64,000 nucleotides of DNA from an uncultured Bacilli bacterium (GTDB taxonomy: Bacteria; Bacillota_I; Bacilli_A; RF39; UBA660): NCBI GenBank assembly GCA_934087515.1, contig CAKOIY010000001.1:3308-67307 (forward strand), given 5' to 3'. The notes under the pieces are model-generated. The model had not been told where the DNA came from and did not search any database. It saw only the letters and a program-made list of their open reading frames with translations. The translations under genes were made by a program, and so were the position numbers. Positions 16,405 to 27,276 of this stretch are shown piece after piece. Position 1 is the stretch's first letter; the number at the start of each line of letters is the position of its first letter.

Positions 16405-19008
16405 GTGAAAAGAAAGATTATAATAATGGTTTTGGCTATTAGTTTATTTGTTCCTATTTCTTATGTAAGTGCTAGTGATAATACTTATAGTTTTGATGAA
16501 GTTAGTACGAATGAACTTTTGGATGATAAGGATTATAAGAGTGATGAACTTATTGTAGTTTTTAATGATAATTTATCTAATAAAGCCATTAATAATGTTG
16601 TTAGAAATGAGAATGCTATTGTTAAGAATATTAAGAGGCTTGATGATGATTCTGTGAGTGTTAGGGTTAAGATTTCTGATGATATGGAAACTGCTATTGA
16701 TAGTTTTAAGGATAATCCTAGAGTTGCTTTTGTACAACCTAATTATAAGTATAAAGTAAATTCTGATGCTAGTGTTTATAACAATCCTAATTATCAATAT
16801 CATATTGATCTTATTAAGACTAAAGAGGCTTGGAGTTTAGTTGAGTCTAAGGGTAATACTACTAAGGTTTCTGTTATTGATACTGGTGTTGATGTTAAAC
16901 ATGAGGATTTACAAAAAAATTTGGTTTCTAATAGTAGTTATACTCAAACTGTTGGTGGAATTAAGAAACAAGTTGTGTATGATTCTGATCATCATGGTAC
17001 ACATGTTACTGGAATAATTGGTGCAACTTATGGTAATGGTATTGGTGTTTCTGGTGTTGCTTCAGGTAATAATAATAATTTAGCTAAGATTATGGTGGTT
17101 GGAACAAGTTTTGACGGGGAAAGTATGTATACTTCAGATATTATTGATGCTATTAATTATTCTAAAGATAATGGCGCTAAAGTTATTAATATGAGTTTGG
17201 GTGGTACTGGTAGAGATAGGGCAATGGAAGCTGCTATTCGTGATGCTTATGATAATGGCATTGTGCTTGTTGCAGCATCTGGTAATGACGAATCTAATGA
17301 GTTTAGTTCACCAAGTGATTTTAAAGAGGTAATAAGTGTTAATGCTTCTAATAAGTATAATAAGCCTGTTTATTGGTCTGATTATGGTATTAGTAAAGAT
17401 ATTAGTGCACCTGGTTATAATATACTTAGTACTACTCCTGGAAATACTTATGAATTACTTAGTGGTACTTCTATGGCATCACCAATTGTTGCCGGGGTAG
17501 TTGCTTTAATGCTTGATGCTAATCCTAGTTTGACTCCTGCTGAGGTGTATAATATACTTTGTGCTAGTACTGGTCAAAGTGATTTTGATGAAATGCTTGG
17601 TTATGGTATTGTAAATGCTAAGGAAGCTGTTTCTGCTGCTATAGATGCTAGTTCTTCAGTTGATGTAGATTCTGTATCTATAAAAGATTATGATGCTTCT
17701 TATAGTGCTGATTATGATGCTGTTGTTTATGAAAATGATGATATTTCTTTAGAGGCTTTGGTTAGGCCTGCGACTTCTTTAAAGAAAGTTGAATGGTCTA
17801 GTAGTGATGATTCTATTGCTAAAGTTGATTCTGTTACTGGTAGGGTTACTGGTGTTAAGTCAGGATTTGTTACAATAACTGCTAGTGTTTCTGGTAAGAG
17901 TGATAGTGTTTTAGTTAAGGTTAAGGAGTCTTTATCTCAAACTGGTATATCTATTGTATCTAAAGAAGATTATTCTAGTATTGTAAAAGGTTCTTCTTAT
18001 GAACTTAAGGCTAATATTTTACCTAGTAATGCTACTAATAAAGAAGTTTATTGGTCTTCTAGTGATAGAACTGTTGCAGATATAAATGAACTTGGTATTC
18101 TTACTGGTAAATCTTCTGGAAAGGCTACTATTACAGTTAAAACTTATGATGGAAAGTATTATGATAGTTTTGACGTAATTGTTACTAGTCCTGCTAGTGT
18201 TAAACTTACTAAGTATGCTTCTAAGTTACTTGTTGGTAATAAGTATACTTATAAGGGTTATGTTTTAGATATAGATGGTAAGAAAACTAATGATAAGATT
18301 ATATGGTCTAGTACTAGTGCTAGTATTGCTAAGATAGATAGTAATGGAACTGTTACTGCACTTAAGCCTGGTACTACTTATATAGTTGGTACTGTTAAGG
18401 GTACTGATCAAGGAAATCGTCTTGTTAAGGTAGCATATAGATTGTTTGTTGGTAAGACTAATTATGCTTTAGGAGATTATAATCTTAAAGTTAGAAAGGT
18501 TACTTATAATAGTGTTACTTTGAATTGGAATAAGATTAATGTTGCTAGTAAATATATAGTTGAAAGAGCTATGAGTTCTAATGGTTCTTATGCAAAGATT
18601 GGTGAGGTTACGGGTACTTCTTATAAGGATTCTAATGTTGTTTTAGGTAAAAGATATTATTATAGAATAAAGGCTGTTTATAGTAGTACTAAGTCATTTA
18701 GTTATTCTTATAGTGTTAATGCTTTAGTTTCTCTTGATAAACCAGTTATTTCTGTTACTAATTATAAGTCTAGATATTTAAAGATTTCTATTAATAAAGT
18801 TCCTAGTGCTAGAGGTTATACTATATATAGAGCTAGTTCTGTTAATGGTTCTTATAAGGTAGTTACTTCTACTACTAAGAATTATTATATTAATGGTAAG
18901 CTTGTTAAGAATAAGAGATATTATTATAAAGTTAGGGCTTATAAGGTTGTTAATGGTAAGAAAGTATATAGTCCTTATTCAAGTATTAAGAGTAGGGTAG
19001 TTAGGTAG
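16405..19008 (+). CDS. Secreted subtilisin-like serine protease (S8) with C-terminal Big_2 and fibronectin-III-like domains
   Basis: It has a signal peptide and the catalytic triad context VIDTGVD (Asp), HGTHVTG (His) and GTSMASPIVAG (Ser). Three SKxxxxATVDxxGxVTAxKxGTATIT-type Ig-like repeats follow, then W/Y-rich FN3-like repeats. Confidence 0.85.
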   Translation: MKRKIIIMVLAISLFVPISYVSASDNTYSFDEVSTNELLDDKDYKSDELIVVFNDNLSNKAINNVVRNENAIVKNIKRLDDDSVSVRVKISDDMETAIDSFKDNPRVAFVQPNYKYKVNSDASVYNNPNYQYHIDLIKTKEAWSLVESKGNTTKVSVIDTGVDVKHEDLQKNLVSNSSYTQTVGGIKKQVVYDSDHHGTHVTGIIGATYGNGIGVSGVASGNNNNLAKIMVVGTSFDGESMYTSDIIDAINYSKDNGAKVINMSLGGTGRDRAMEAAIRDAYDNGIVLVAASGNDESNEFSSPSDFKEVISVNASNKYNKPVYWSDYGISKDISAPGYNILSTTPGNTYELLSGTSMASPIVAGVVALMLDANPSLTPAEVYNILCASTGQSDFDEMLGYGIVNAKEAVSAAIDASSSVDVDSVSIKDYDASYSADYDAVVYENDDISLEALVRPATSLKKVEWSSSDDSIAKVDSVTGRVTGVKSGFVTITASVSGKSDSVLVKVKESLSQTGISIVSKEDYSSIVKGSSYELKANILPSNATNKEVYWSSSDRTVADINELGILTGKSSGKATITVKTYDGKYYDSFDVIVTSPASVKLTKYASKLLVGNKYTYKGYVLDIDGKKTNDKIIWSSTSASIAKIDSNGTVTALKPGTTYIVGTVKGTDQGNRLVKVAYRLFVGKTNYALGDYNLKVRKVTYNSVTLNWNKINVASKYIVERAMSSNGSYAKIGEVTGTSYKDSNVVLGKRYYYRIKAVYSSTKSFSYSYSVNALVSLDKPVISVTNYKSRYLKISINKVPSARGYTIYRASSVNGSYKVVTSTTKNYYINGKLVKNKRYYYKVRAYKVVNGKKVYSPYSSIKSRVVR

Positions 19009-19018
19009 GAGGTAGAGT

Positions 19019-20707
19019 ATGAAAAAGAAAATTATATCGTTAGTTTTAGTATGTGCATTACTTATTACTATTTTACCTAGTGGTGTTAGTGCTCTTAGTA
19101 AGGTTAATCCTTCAGAGAAGAAGGAGGTTTCTTTAAAGAAAGTTAATGATAAGTCTTTAATTGTTAAAACTCCGACTGCTAAGCAAATTAGAAAGGCTGG
19201 TAGTGAACTTGATTTTTATAAACAAAGTTTTATTGAACAAGTTGAGGAGACTTATTCTCGATATGATTATGTAACTTATATTGATTCTGTTAGGAAGGCT
19301 TTTGAGAAGGCACATCAAGAGGCTATTGATACACTTAATAATCTTAGTTCTTTAGATGATTTGTTTTATGATTATGAGGAAGGTACTGTTTCTTTAGATG
19401 TTAATTTACCTTATGCTACTATGACTACTATTGGTGGTTGGGATTATGATTATGTTACTACTGATAATTATTATTTGACTTTGAAAAAACGTGGTCTTAA
19501 GGCTATAAATGATGCTTTTGATTGTTTTTATGAAGGGGATTTTAGTACTTATTATAATACTATAATTAATTCTTATCGTAGTGAGTATTTAGGATATGTA
19601 AGTAGTGCTAATGATTATTATTCACTTGCTAAAGGTTTTGCTAATATTGGTTTAGTTGGAGATTATAATAATTTTACATATGTTGATATTTCTTTTGATT
19701 TAGATAATTATAATGGTGAAGATGCTGAATCTATGTCTGGTTCTTGTCAATATGATGCTTATGGTTATTTTCCTGATTTTGAATATGTAGAGTTTTTAAA
19801 TAGTGTTGGTATTGCGTCTATTCCTTCTTATTCTCTTGGTCGTGTTATTTATTCTTTAGGAGAAGTTCAAGATACTAAAAATGCTTTTAGTGCATATATT
19901 AATAATTATGTATATGAACAACTTAAAGCTAGTGGTTATAAGGTTACTGATGAGATTATAGATATGGCTGATAAGACTCTTGATGATATTAATAATGGTT
20001 ATAATCCTGATACTATGTATACTAAGTATATTGATTTGATTGAAAAATTTGAAGATATGACTGGTGTTACTTATCAAAAACTTAGTTCTACTACTACATT
20101 TAAACTTGCTGCTGGTATTGATAAGTTATCTAAGAAGTATTTGGATAAAAAAGTTTATTCTAATGCTGGTTATAATACTAATTATAATCTATTAGATAAT
20201 GCTAGTAGTGCTATTAATGTTGTGTATGAGGTAGAAATACCTAGAAATTTCTTGGTTAAGCTTGAAAAACTTCTTAAGAAGACTCCAACTAGAGTTGTTG
20301 AACTTAGTAATGCCAAGAAGTCATATGCTAATAAGTTAAATACTTTTAAGAATAATAAAAAGTATAATCAAAAGAAAGTTGTTCCTATTGTTAATGAGGG
20401 AATTAGTAAAATAAATAAGGCTACTTCAGTTGATAGTGTTAAGAGTATATATAATACTTATTATAAGAAGGCTTTACTTACTATAAATAAATATAAGATA
20501 ACTACTTCAAAGACTGGTAAGGGTGTTATTACCAAGAGTAAAACTGTTAATTATGGTTCTAATGTTGTTATTACTATGACTCCTAGTAAGGGTTATAAAC
20601 TTAGTAAGGTTTATGTAGATGGTAAACGTGTTAGTGTTAAGAGTAAGTATACATTTAAGAATGTTACTTTGAATCATTCTATAAAGGCAGTTTTTGTTAA
20701 GAAGTAG
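19019..20707 (+). CDS. Secreted hypothetical protein with a C-terminal Listeria-Bacteroides (Flg_new/InlB B-repeat-like) domain
   Basis: A signal peptide is present. The C-terminal motif is GKGVITKSKTVNYGSNVVITMTPSKGYKLSKVYVDGKRVSV. Confidence 0.55.
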   Translation: MKKKIISLVLVCALLITILPSGVSALSKVNPSEKKEVSLKKVNDKSLIVKTPTAKQIRKAGSELDFYKQSFIEQVEETYSRYDYVTYIDSVRKAFEKAHQEAIDTLNNLSSLDDLFYDYEEGTVSLDVNLPYATMTTIGGWDYDYVTTDNYYLTLKKRGLKAINDAFDCFYEGDFSTYYNTIINSYRSEYLGYVSSANDYYSLAKGFANIGLVGDYNNFTYVDISFDLDNYNGEDAESMSGSCQYDAYGYFPDFEYVEFLNSVGIASIPSYSLGRVIYSLGEVQDTKNAFSAYINNYVYEQLKASGYKVTDEIIDMADKTLDDINNGYNPDTMYTKYIDLIEKFEDMTGVTYQKLSSTTTFKLAAGIDKLSKKYLDKKVYSNAGYNTNYNLLDNASSAINVVYEVEIPRNFLVKLEKLLKKTPTRVVELSNAKKSYANKLNTFKNNKKYNQKKVVPIVNEGISKINKATSVDSVKSIYNTYYKKALLTINKYKITTSKTGKGVITKSKTVNYGSNVVITMTPSKGYKLSKVYVDGKRVSVKSKYTFKNVTLNHSIKAVFVKK

Positions 20708-20788
20708 TACTAGTTATTAGAAAAACATTCTATAGGGTGTTTTTCTTTTTTTGTCTAAACATAAAAAAAATACTTAAACCAAGTATTT

Positions 20789-22273
20789 TTATATTACTAT
20801 AGCTATTAGATTGTTTGATCCTTTGTTTACTACTTTGGACATTGTTGTTTGAAATTTATATCTTACGTTTTCTGGCATCATTGATATTTTTGATTGGATT
20901 CCTTCTTGGACTATTTTGTCTAAGCTTCTTCCAAATATTTCGCTTGACCAGATACTGTTTGGATCACTATTGCTATCTTTCATTAGGTGTTCTATTAGTT
21001 CTTTGCTTTGGGCTTCGCTACCGATTATTGGTTCAAAGCTTGATTCTACATCTACTCTTATCATATGTATTGATGGTGCTGTTGCTTTTAGTTTTATTCC
21101 ATATCTTGATCCTTGTTTTGTTATTTCTGGTTTGTCTAATTTCATATCTTTTATAGTGGGATTTGCAACTCCGTATCCAGTTGTTTTTACCATTTTTAGA
21201 GCTTGTTCTAGTTCTTTATATTCTGTTTTTGTTTCTTTGTATTCTTGGAATATTTTCAAAAGATTTGTTTTGTTTGTTATGTCTATGTCAATCATTTCGT
21301 TTAATACTTTTTCGAATAGTTCTTGAGGTGCTTCTAATGTTATGGTTATGATTCCTGTTTTAGGATCTACTAAGGACATATAGGCATTTTTTATGTACTG
21401 GCAATTGTTGAAATGACTTATTATTCCATCAACATCACGTAATTTATCTACTTCAATTACACTTTCTTTTATTTTATCTATGTAAGCTTTTTTGACATAA
21501 TGATTTGGTTTTAGGATTCCAATCCATTCTGGTATATCGATGTTTACTTCTAATATAGGAAATTCATATAGAGCTTCTCTTAATATATTATTTATTTCTA
21601 TTTCATTCATATTTAGTACATCTATTGGTAGGACAGGTACTTTGTATTTTACTTTTAGTTCTTCTGTTAGTTTTTCTGTTTCTTTTGCTGTTGGTTTAGT
21701 TGTATTTAGTATTATTATATATGGTTTGTTTATTGAACTTAGTTCTAGTGCTATTTTTTCTTCTGCTTCAATATAGTCTTTTCTTGAGAATTCTCCGATA
21801 GTTCCATCTGTTGTAATCATTATTCCTATTGTTGAGTGGTCTCTTATTACTTTTTCTGTTCCTATTTCTGCGGCTTCAACGAATGGTATTTCATCTTTGT
21901 ACCAGGGGGTTTTTACCATTCTAGGGCCGTTTTCGTCTTCGTAGCCTTTGGCTTCATCAATTATGTATCCTACGCAGTCTACTAGTCTCATGTTACAAGT
22001 CATGTCATCTATTTTTATTTGGGCAACATTGTTGGGAACAAATTTGGGTTCTATAGTCATAATAGTTTTTCCTCCACTTGATTGTGGTATTTCATCTAGA
22101 GCTCTTTTTCTTTCGTATTCGTCTTCTATGTTGGGAACTATAAGTTCTTCTACTACTTTTTTGATAAAGGTTGATTTTCCAGTTCTTACTGCTCCAACTA
22201 CTCCTAGGTAAATGTCTCCGCCGGTACGATAGGCTATGTTTTTGATTATTTCTTGTTTATCCACATGCATCAC
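20789..22273 (-). CDS. spoIVA: Stage IV sporulation protein A (spore coat morphogenetic ATPase)
   Basis: The N-terminus ..IAYRTGGDIYLGVVGAVRTGKSTFIKK..PNIEDEYERKRALDELPQSSGGKTIMTIEPKFVPN..RLVDCVGY is near-identical in pattern to B. subtilis SpoIVA. The length is about 494 aa. Confidence 0.85.
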   Translation of the reverse strand: MMHVDKQEIIKNIAYRTGGDIYLGVVGAVRTGKSTFIKKVVEELIVPNIEDEYERKRALDEIPQSSGGKTIMTIEPKFVPNNVAQIKIDDMTCNMRLVDCVGYIIDEAKGYEDENGPRMVKTPWYKDEIPFVEAAEIGTEKVIRDHSTIGIMITTDGTIGEFSRKDYIEAEEKIALELSSINKPYIIILNTTKPTAKETEKLTEELKVKYKVPVLPIDVLNMNEIEINNILREALYEFPILEVNIDIPEWIGILKPNHYVKKAYIDKIKESVIEVDKLRDVDGIISHFNNCQYIKNAYMSLVDPKTGIITITLEAPQELFEKVLNEMIDIDITNKTNLLKIFQEYKETKTEYKELEQALKMVKTTGYGVANPTIKDMKLDKPEITKQGSRYGIKLKATAPSIHMIRVDVESSFEPIIGSEAQSKELIEHLMKDSNSDPNSIWSSEIFGRSLDKIVQEGIQSKISMMPENVRYKFQTTMSKVVNKGSNNLIAIVI

Positions 22274-22439
22274 TCTCTTTCATTAAATAATATGATATTC
22301 TTTATATATTATTAAAATATCTTTAAAAAAATTATTTTTTTTGTTTGTATTTGTGGGTAATTTGATGTTTTTTGAAACTTATTATTGTCAAGTTTAAATT
22401 CTTATTGTATAATTTATTTATGATATAAGAGGGATGATT

Positions 22440-23675
22440 ATGAGAAAGATATACACAAGTATTGATATTGGTACTGAAGAAGTAAAAGCAGTTACCATGG
22501 AAGAATACAATGGAAAATTCAATGTTTTAGCAACTGCTCATGTTCCTGCGAAAGGAGTTAAGAAAGGCTTAATAACTGATGCTCAGGCTATTACTGGTTC
22601 TGTTAAGAAGGCTATTAAGAGTTTAGAGAGTAAACTTGGTACAAAAGTTGAACAGGTTATTGCAGTTGTTCCTTCTAATAATAGGGAAATTGATATTGCT
22701 ATGGGAGAGGTTGATATTAATACTAGTGATGCTTTTGTTGATGGTGAGACTATCTTTAATTGCCTTCAAAAATCATTGAAAAAGCACGTATCTATGAATA
22801 GTGAAGTAGTGAGTGTTATGCCTATTGAGTATAAAATCAATGGGGAAAAGAAAGTGAAAAATCCTTTGGGTCTTGAGGGAAGTAAACTTGCTGTTAAATC
22901 TGTTGTTGTTTCTGTTCCTAAGAAGAATGTTTATTCTGTTGTAGGAATACTTGAGAATATTGGGGTGGAAGTTGTTGATATTGTTATTTCTTCGATTGCT
23001 GATTATTATGCTACTAAGGATAAGGAGCTTGATAAAGCTGTTGTTGCTATGATAAATTTTGGCAAGGAGAAGAGCGTTTTATCAGTATTTAATAAAGGTA
23101 TTCTTGTTAAGGAACTTATTGCTTCGATTGGGGGAGATGATATTGACGAGGTTATTCGCTTTAATTTTAAGACAGATGAGAAGAAAACAAAGGAAATAAA
23201 AGAAGAGTATGGGGTTGCAAGTAGAAAGTATGCTGAAAGTGATGAAGAGTACAAAATTGTGAATAGACTTAATCAAAACATTGTGGTTAATCAGTATATG
23301 CTTGCTGAAATGATTGAATATAAACTTATTGAGTCGTTAAAAAATCTTAAAAATGATATAAATAACTTAACAAATAGGGAAATAAGTTATATAATGGTTA
23401 CAGGAGCTATAACATCAATGTTAGGGTTTGATGCTCTTTTACAAGATACTTATGGTAGAAAAGGACAAATACTTAATGTTAATGTCATTGGAATTCGTGA
23501 TAGTAGATTTACTACAAGTTATGGTGCTATAAAATATTTTGTTGATAAACTTAATTTAAGGGAAAAAGATTATACAATGTTTGTAGATGAAAAGGTCGAA
23601 GAAATGCTAAGAGCAAGGAAGAAAATGGGGACAGGCAGTGCACTAGGAAAAATATTTGGAAAAATATTTGATTAA
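22440..23675 (+). CDS. ftsA: Cell division protein FtsA
   Basis: It has the actin-like fold signature (IYTSIDIGTEEVKAV..). It sits immediately upstream of ftsZ, and its C-terminal amphipathic tail is GKIFGKIFD. An RBS AAGAGGG lies upstream, and a TGTATAAT extended -10 is at 22405-22413. Confidence 0.85.
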   Translation: MRKIYTSIDIGTEEVKAVTMEEYNGKFNVLATAHVPAKGVKKGLITDAQAITGSVKKAIKSLESKLGTKVEQVIAVVPSNNREIDIAMGEVDINTSDAFVDGETIFNCLQKSLKKHVSMNSEVVSVMPIEYKINGEKKVKNPLGLEGSKLAVKSVVVSVPKKNVYSVVGILENIGVEVVDIVISSIADYYATKDKELDKAVVAMINFGKEKSVLSVFNKGILVKELIASIGGDDIDEVIRFNFKTDEKKTKEIKEEYGVASRKYAESDEEYKIVNRLNQNIVVNQYMLAEMIEYKLIESLKNLKNDINNLTNREISYIMVTGAITSMLGFDALLQDTYGRKGQILNVNVIGIRDSRFTTSYGAIKYFVDKLNLREKDYTMFVDEKVEEMLRARKKMGTGSALGKIFGKIFD

Positions 23676-23687
23676 GGAGATGAAGTT

Positions 23688-24764
23688 ATGTTTGATTTAG
23701 CTATGACGGACCAACTTGCTAAGATAAAAGTAATAGGAGTTGGTGGTGGCGGCGGTAATGCCATTAATAGAATGATTGATGCTGGAGTTAGAGGTGTTGA
23801 CTTTATTGCGGTTAATACTGATGCTCAAGTTTTGAACGCTTCGAAAGCAGAAAAGAAGATTCAACTTGGTACTCTTGGTGCTGGTGGTAGACCTGAAATT
23901 GGAAAAGAGGCTGCTATTAAGGCTAAAAAGGAACTTGAAGAAAGTTTGAAAGGTGCAGATATGGTATTTATCACTTGTGGTATGGGTGGTGGAACTGGTA
24001 CTGGTGCTGCACCGGTAATTGCAGAGATTGCTCAGAGTTTAGGTGCTCTTACAGTGGCTATTGTTACTAGACCTTTCTCTTTTGAAGGTAAGAGAAGAAT
24101 GGATAATGCTCTTGCTGGAATTGAAGAACTTAAGGAACATGTTGATACTTTAATTGTGATACCTAATGATAGGTTAAGGGAAATTATTGATAAATCTACT
24201 TCTATGCTTGATGCGTTTAAGGAAGTTGATAATGTTCTTTTACGTGGTGTACAATCTATATCTGATTTGATTGCTGTTGTTGGGTTGGTAAACCTAGACT
24301 TTGCTGATGTTAGGGCGGTTATGGAAAAATCAGGTAATGCTATTATTGGTATTGGTATTGGTATGGGAGAAGATAGGGCAATTGAAGCGGCTAAGCAAGC
24401 AGTTTCATCTCCGCTTCTTGAAACTTCGATTCATGGTGCTACTGATGCAATTATTAATATTACTGGTGGTTCTAATTTAACATTGTTTGAAGCTGAACAA
24501 GCAGCAGAGGTTGTAAGAGCTGCAGCTAATACAGATATAAATACTATATTTGGTTCAGTTATTAATGAAAATCTTACTGATGAGGTTATTGTTACAGTAA
24601 TTGCTACTGGTTTTGATAAGAAAAATAAGAATAAGAAACCTCTTTATAATCAACTTAATAGTAGAAGTGATGGTTATATCGATGATGATGAGGATGATGA
24701 TGCAAATGCTGGGTTTGATCCTCAAGAAATTGAAATACCAACTTTTATGCATCGTAATTTTTAG
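23688..24764 (+). CDS. ftsZ: Cell division protein FtsZ
   Basis: It has the tubulin signature GGGTGTG, plus [13 protein letters not shown] and the T7 loop NLDFADV. Confidence 0.95.
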   Translation: MFDLAMTDQLAKIKVIGVGGGGGNAINRMIDAGVRGVDFIAVNTDAQVLNASKAEKKIQLGTLGAGGRPEIGKEAAIKAKKELEESLKGADMVFITCGMGGGTGTGAAPVIAEIAQSLGALTVAIVTRPFSFEGKRRMDNALAGIEELKEHVDTLIVIPNDRLREIIDKSTSMLDAFKEVDNVLLRGVQSISDLIAVVGLVNLDFADVRAVMEKSGNAIIGIGIGMGEDRAIEAAKQAVSSPLLETSIHGATDAIINITGGSNLTLFEAEQAAEVVRAAANTDINTIFGSVINENLTDEVIVTVIATGFDKKNKNKKPLYNQLNSRSDGYIDDDEDDDANAGFDPQEIEIPTFMHRNF

Positions 24765-24780
24765 TGTAAATATATATGTA

Positions 24781-24810
24781 AAAGCAAACGGGTTGTTTGC
24801 TTTTTTTTCT
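24781..24810 (+). terminator. Rho-independent terminator after ftsZ
   Basis: The stem aagcaaac/gtttgctt with loop gggtt is followed by a T8 run. Confidence 0.65.
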
Positions 24811-24840
24811 TTTGTGTGATATAATTTTTTCGGTGAGAAC

Positions 24841-25335
24841 ATGAAGCAAGATAATAAAGAATATGTTGAAATAGTTGAAAAATTACTTGAAAATAGAAAG
24901 TTTAATAAGTTAAAAGAGGAAACTCATCATCATAATAGTAATAGATTCAATCATAGTTTAGATGTTTCTTTTAAGACTTATAAAGTGTGCAAGAAGTTAG
25001 GACTTGATTATGAGAGTGCAACTAGAGCGGCTTTGTTACATGATTTCTTTTTTGATAATGAGTTTAGTAACAAGAGAGAAAGAATGCTTAAACATCCAAG
25101 TAAGGCTGTTGAAAATGCTAGTAAGATAACTAAATTGTCTAAGAAAGAAGCTAATATTATTGAATCTCATATGTATCCTGTTGGAGGTAAGGTTCCTAGG
25201 TGTTTAGAGAGTGTTGTTGTTGATGCTGTTGATGATTATGTTTCTTTTAAGGAAAAATTTGGTGGAGATTTTAAAAATTTAAAAGCAGCGTTTAATTTTT
25301 TATTTATTTTAGTGATAAATGTTTTCTTTAGATAA
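24841..25335 (+). CDS. HD-domain phosphohydrolase-like protein
   Basis: It has the H..HS (RFNHSLDV) and HD (LLHDFFFD) motifs in the expected order. Confidence 0.55.
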   Translation: MKQDNKEYVEIVEKLLENRKFNKLKEETHHHNSNRFNHSLDVSFKTYKVCKKLGLDYESATRAALLHDFFFDNEFSNKRERMLKHPSKAVENASKITKLSKKEANIIESHMYPVGGKVPRCLESVVVDAVDDYVSFKEKFGGDFKNLKAAFNFLFILVINVFFR

Positions 25336-25345
25336 CATTTATTTT

Positions 25346-25422
25346 GTCCTCGTAGCTCAGCTGGATAGAGCAATTGCCTCCTAAGCAATAGGTCGAAGGT
25401 TCAAATCCTTTCGAGGACGCCA
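25346..25422 (+). tRNA. tRNA-Arg (anticodon CCT)
   Basis: The acceptor stem is GTCCTCG/CGAGGAC, the D-arm GCTC..GAGC, the anticodon stem ATTGC/GCAAT with loop CTCCTAA, and the T-loop TTCAAAT. CCA is encoded. Confidence 0.85.
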
Positions 25423-25508
25423 TATTGTATGTTAACTCTTTTTGAAGAGTTTTTTTGTTTTTTGTTTTTTGTGTGCTATAATAAATAAAAAAATATGGAG
25501 GAATTTAT

Positions 25509-26390
25509 ATGGAAAAGTCTAAAGTTTATTTTACTAAGGAAATATCTCCTTGTAGTTTGATTAAAATGTATGATGTATTGGAAAAGAATCTTAGTGGTAA
25601 TGTTGCTGTTAAGATTTCTACTGGTGAAAAGGGCAATAATAATTATTTGAATCCTAATTTGATAAAGGATTTGGTATCTTATGTTTCTGGTACTATTACG
25701 GAGTGTAATACGGCTTATGCTGGTCATAGGAATAGTACTTCTGTTCATATGGAGACTATTAGGGAACATGGTTTTTTAGATATTGCTAAGGTTGATATTA
25801 TGGATAGTGATGGTGATTTTGCTATTCCTGTTAGTAATGGTTTTCATTTGGATAAGAATTATGTTGGTAATCATTTGAAGAATTATGATTCTATGTTGAT
25901 GTTATCTCATTTTAAGGGTCATCCTATGGGAGGGTTTGGTGGTGCTCTTAAGAATATGTCTATTGGGGTTGCTTCTTCTTCTGGAAAGGCTTATATTCAT
26001 ACTGCTGGTAAGAGTAGGGATGTTGATACTTTATGGGAAAATATTTGTAGTCAGGATTCCTTTTTGGAATCAATGGCAGATGCTGATAGTAGTGTTGTTA
26101 ATTATATGAAGGGTAATATTGTTTATATTAATGTGATTAATAATTTGTCTGTTGATTGTGATTGTGTGGCTAGTCCAGAGGATATTTGTATGCATGATAT
26201 TGGTGTTTTGTCTTCGACTGATCCAGTTGCTCTTGATAGGGCTTGTGTTGACTTGATATATAATTCTAGTGATTTTGGAAAGGTTCATATGATAGAACGC
26301 ATTGAAAGACAAAATGGTACGTATATTTTAGAGGCTGCTAGTAAATTAGGAATTGGTAGTCAGAATTATGATTTTATAAATATGGACTAG
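25509..26390 (+). CDS. DUF362-domain protein (putative Fe-S-associated, COG2006)
   Basis: The N-terminus SKVYFTKEISP...NVAVKISTGEKGNNNYLNP and the SHFKGHPMGGFGGALKNMSIGVAS region match the characteristic DUF362 layout. It has a C-terminal CDC motif. Confidence 0.6.
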   Translation: MEKSKVYFTKEISPCSLIKMYDVLEKNLSGNVAVKISTGEKGNNNYLNPNLIKDLVSYVSGTITECNTAYAGHRNSTSVHMETIREHGFLDIAKVDIMDSDGDFAIPVSNGFHLDKNYVGNHLKNYDSMLMLSHFKGHPMGGFGGALKNMSIGVASSSGKAYIHTAGKSRDVDTLWENICSQDSFLESMADADSSVVNYMKGNIVYINVINNLSVDCDCVASPEDICMHDIGVLSSTDPVALDRACVDLIYNSSDFGKVHMIERIERQNGTYILEAASKLGIGSQNYDFINMD

Positions 26391-26445
26391 TTTATTTACT
26401 ATAATAGTGGTTTGTGTTATTATATTTATAATAGTGAGGTGTATT

Positions 26446-27201
26446 ATGGAAAAAGGTAATCTTAATAGTTTGGATGATTTTATAACTACTATTGTTATGA
26501 ATTTTGAACTTACTGCTCCGGTTAAAAGAGTTTTGTCTAGACTTAGTGAAATAAGGAAAAAGGGTAATGAGTATTTAGTTAGTTTTAGTGATAATGGGCT
26601 TAGTTGGAAGACTAGAAATGGTAGGTTTAGTGAGACTATTGTTGTTGATGCTTATAGTAAGAAAATAAGAATTGAAGAATCAGGAGTTAAGGATGTTTCT
26701 GAAGATCAAGATTTTAAAGATTATGTAAAAGCTACAAAGAATTATTTTACGAAGCAAATTTATTCTGTTTTTGATGATAAATCTACTAATTATTCTTATA
26801 ACAGAGAGTATGTTATTGCTAGAGGTAAAAATAATACGAGAATTTTGGCTTCTATTTCTAAAGGTTATAATTTTTTTAATGGTGAGAGATTTTTGGGACG
26901 AAGTTTAAATATTGATACTAAGGATGTTTTAAAAGATGATGATAATAATACTATTGATGAGAGTTCTTCTAGTATTAGTGATAATATATATGTTCTTGCT
27001 ACAGGTGATAGACTTGAGAAAAAGACTATTAATGGTGATACTGAATGTTATTTTTTTAGTAAAAATAGTGCTTCTGGGGATTCTTTTAAGAAAATAATTA
27101 ATTTAGATGAATTTGATGAACTTATGTCTTTAGATGATGATCCTTATGTTGTTGCTAATAATGATATTGTTTATGATGTTAGAAAAACTAATTATAGTTA
27201 A
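26446..27201 (+). CDS. Hypothetical protein
   Basis: The ORF has an RBS GTGAGGTG and ATG at 26446. I recognise no family for it. Confidence 0.4.
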   Translation: MEKGNLNSLDDFITTIVMNFELTAPVKRVLSRLSEIRKKGNEYLVSFSDNGLSWKTRNGRFSETIVVDAYSKKIRIEESGVKDVSEDQDFKDYVKATKNYFTKQIYSVFDDKSTNYSYNREYVIARGKNNTRILASISKGYNFFNGERFLGRSLNIDTKDVLKDDDNNTIDESSSSISDNIYVLATGDRLEKKTINGDTECYFFSKNSASGDSFKKIINLDEFDELMSLDDDPYVVANNDIVYDVRKTNYS

Positions 27202-27276
27202 CTGTAAACTTTGGTTAAATTTTTCTGAAAATTAGATTATATTTGTTAAAGATGTTATAATGTTTATGGAGGGGTT

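Noticed and set aside
20815-21351. Plus-strand ORFs (113, 136 and 62 aa) within the spoIVA region
   Set aside because: They are antisense to a near-canonical SpoIVA coding sequence. They are hydrophobic L/F-rich artefacts.
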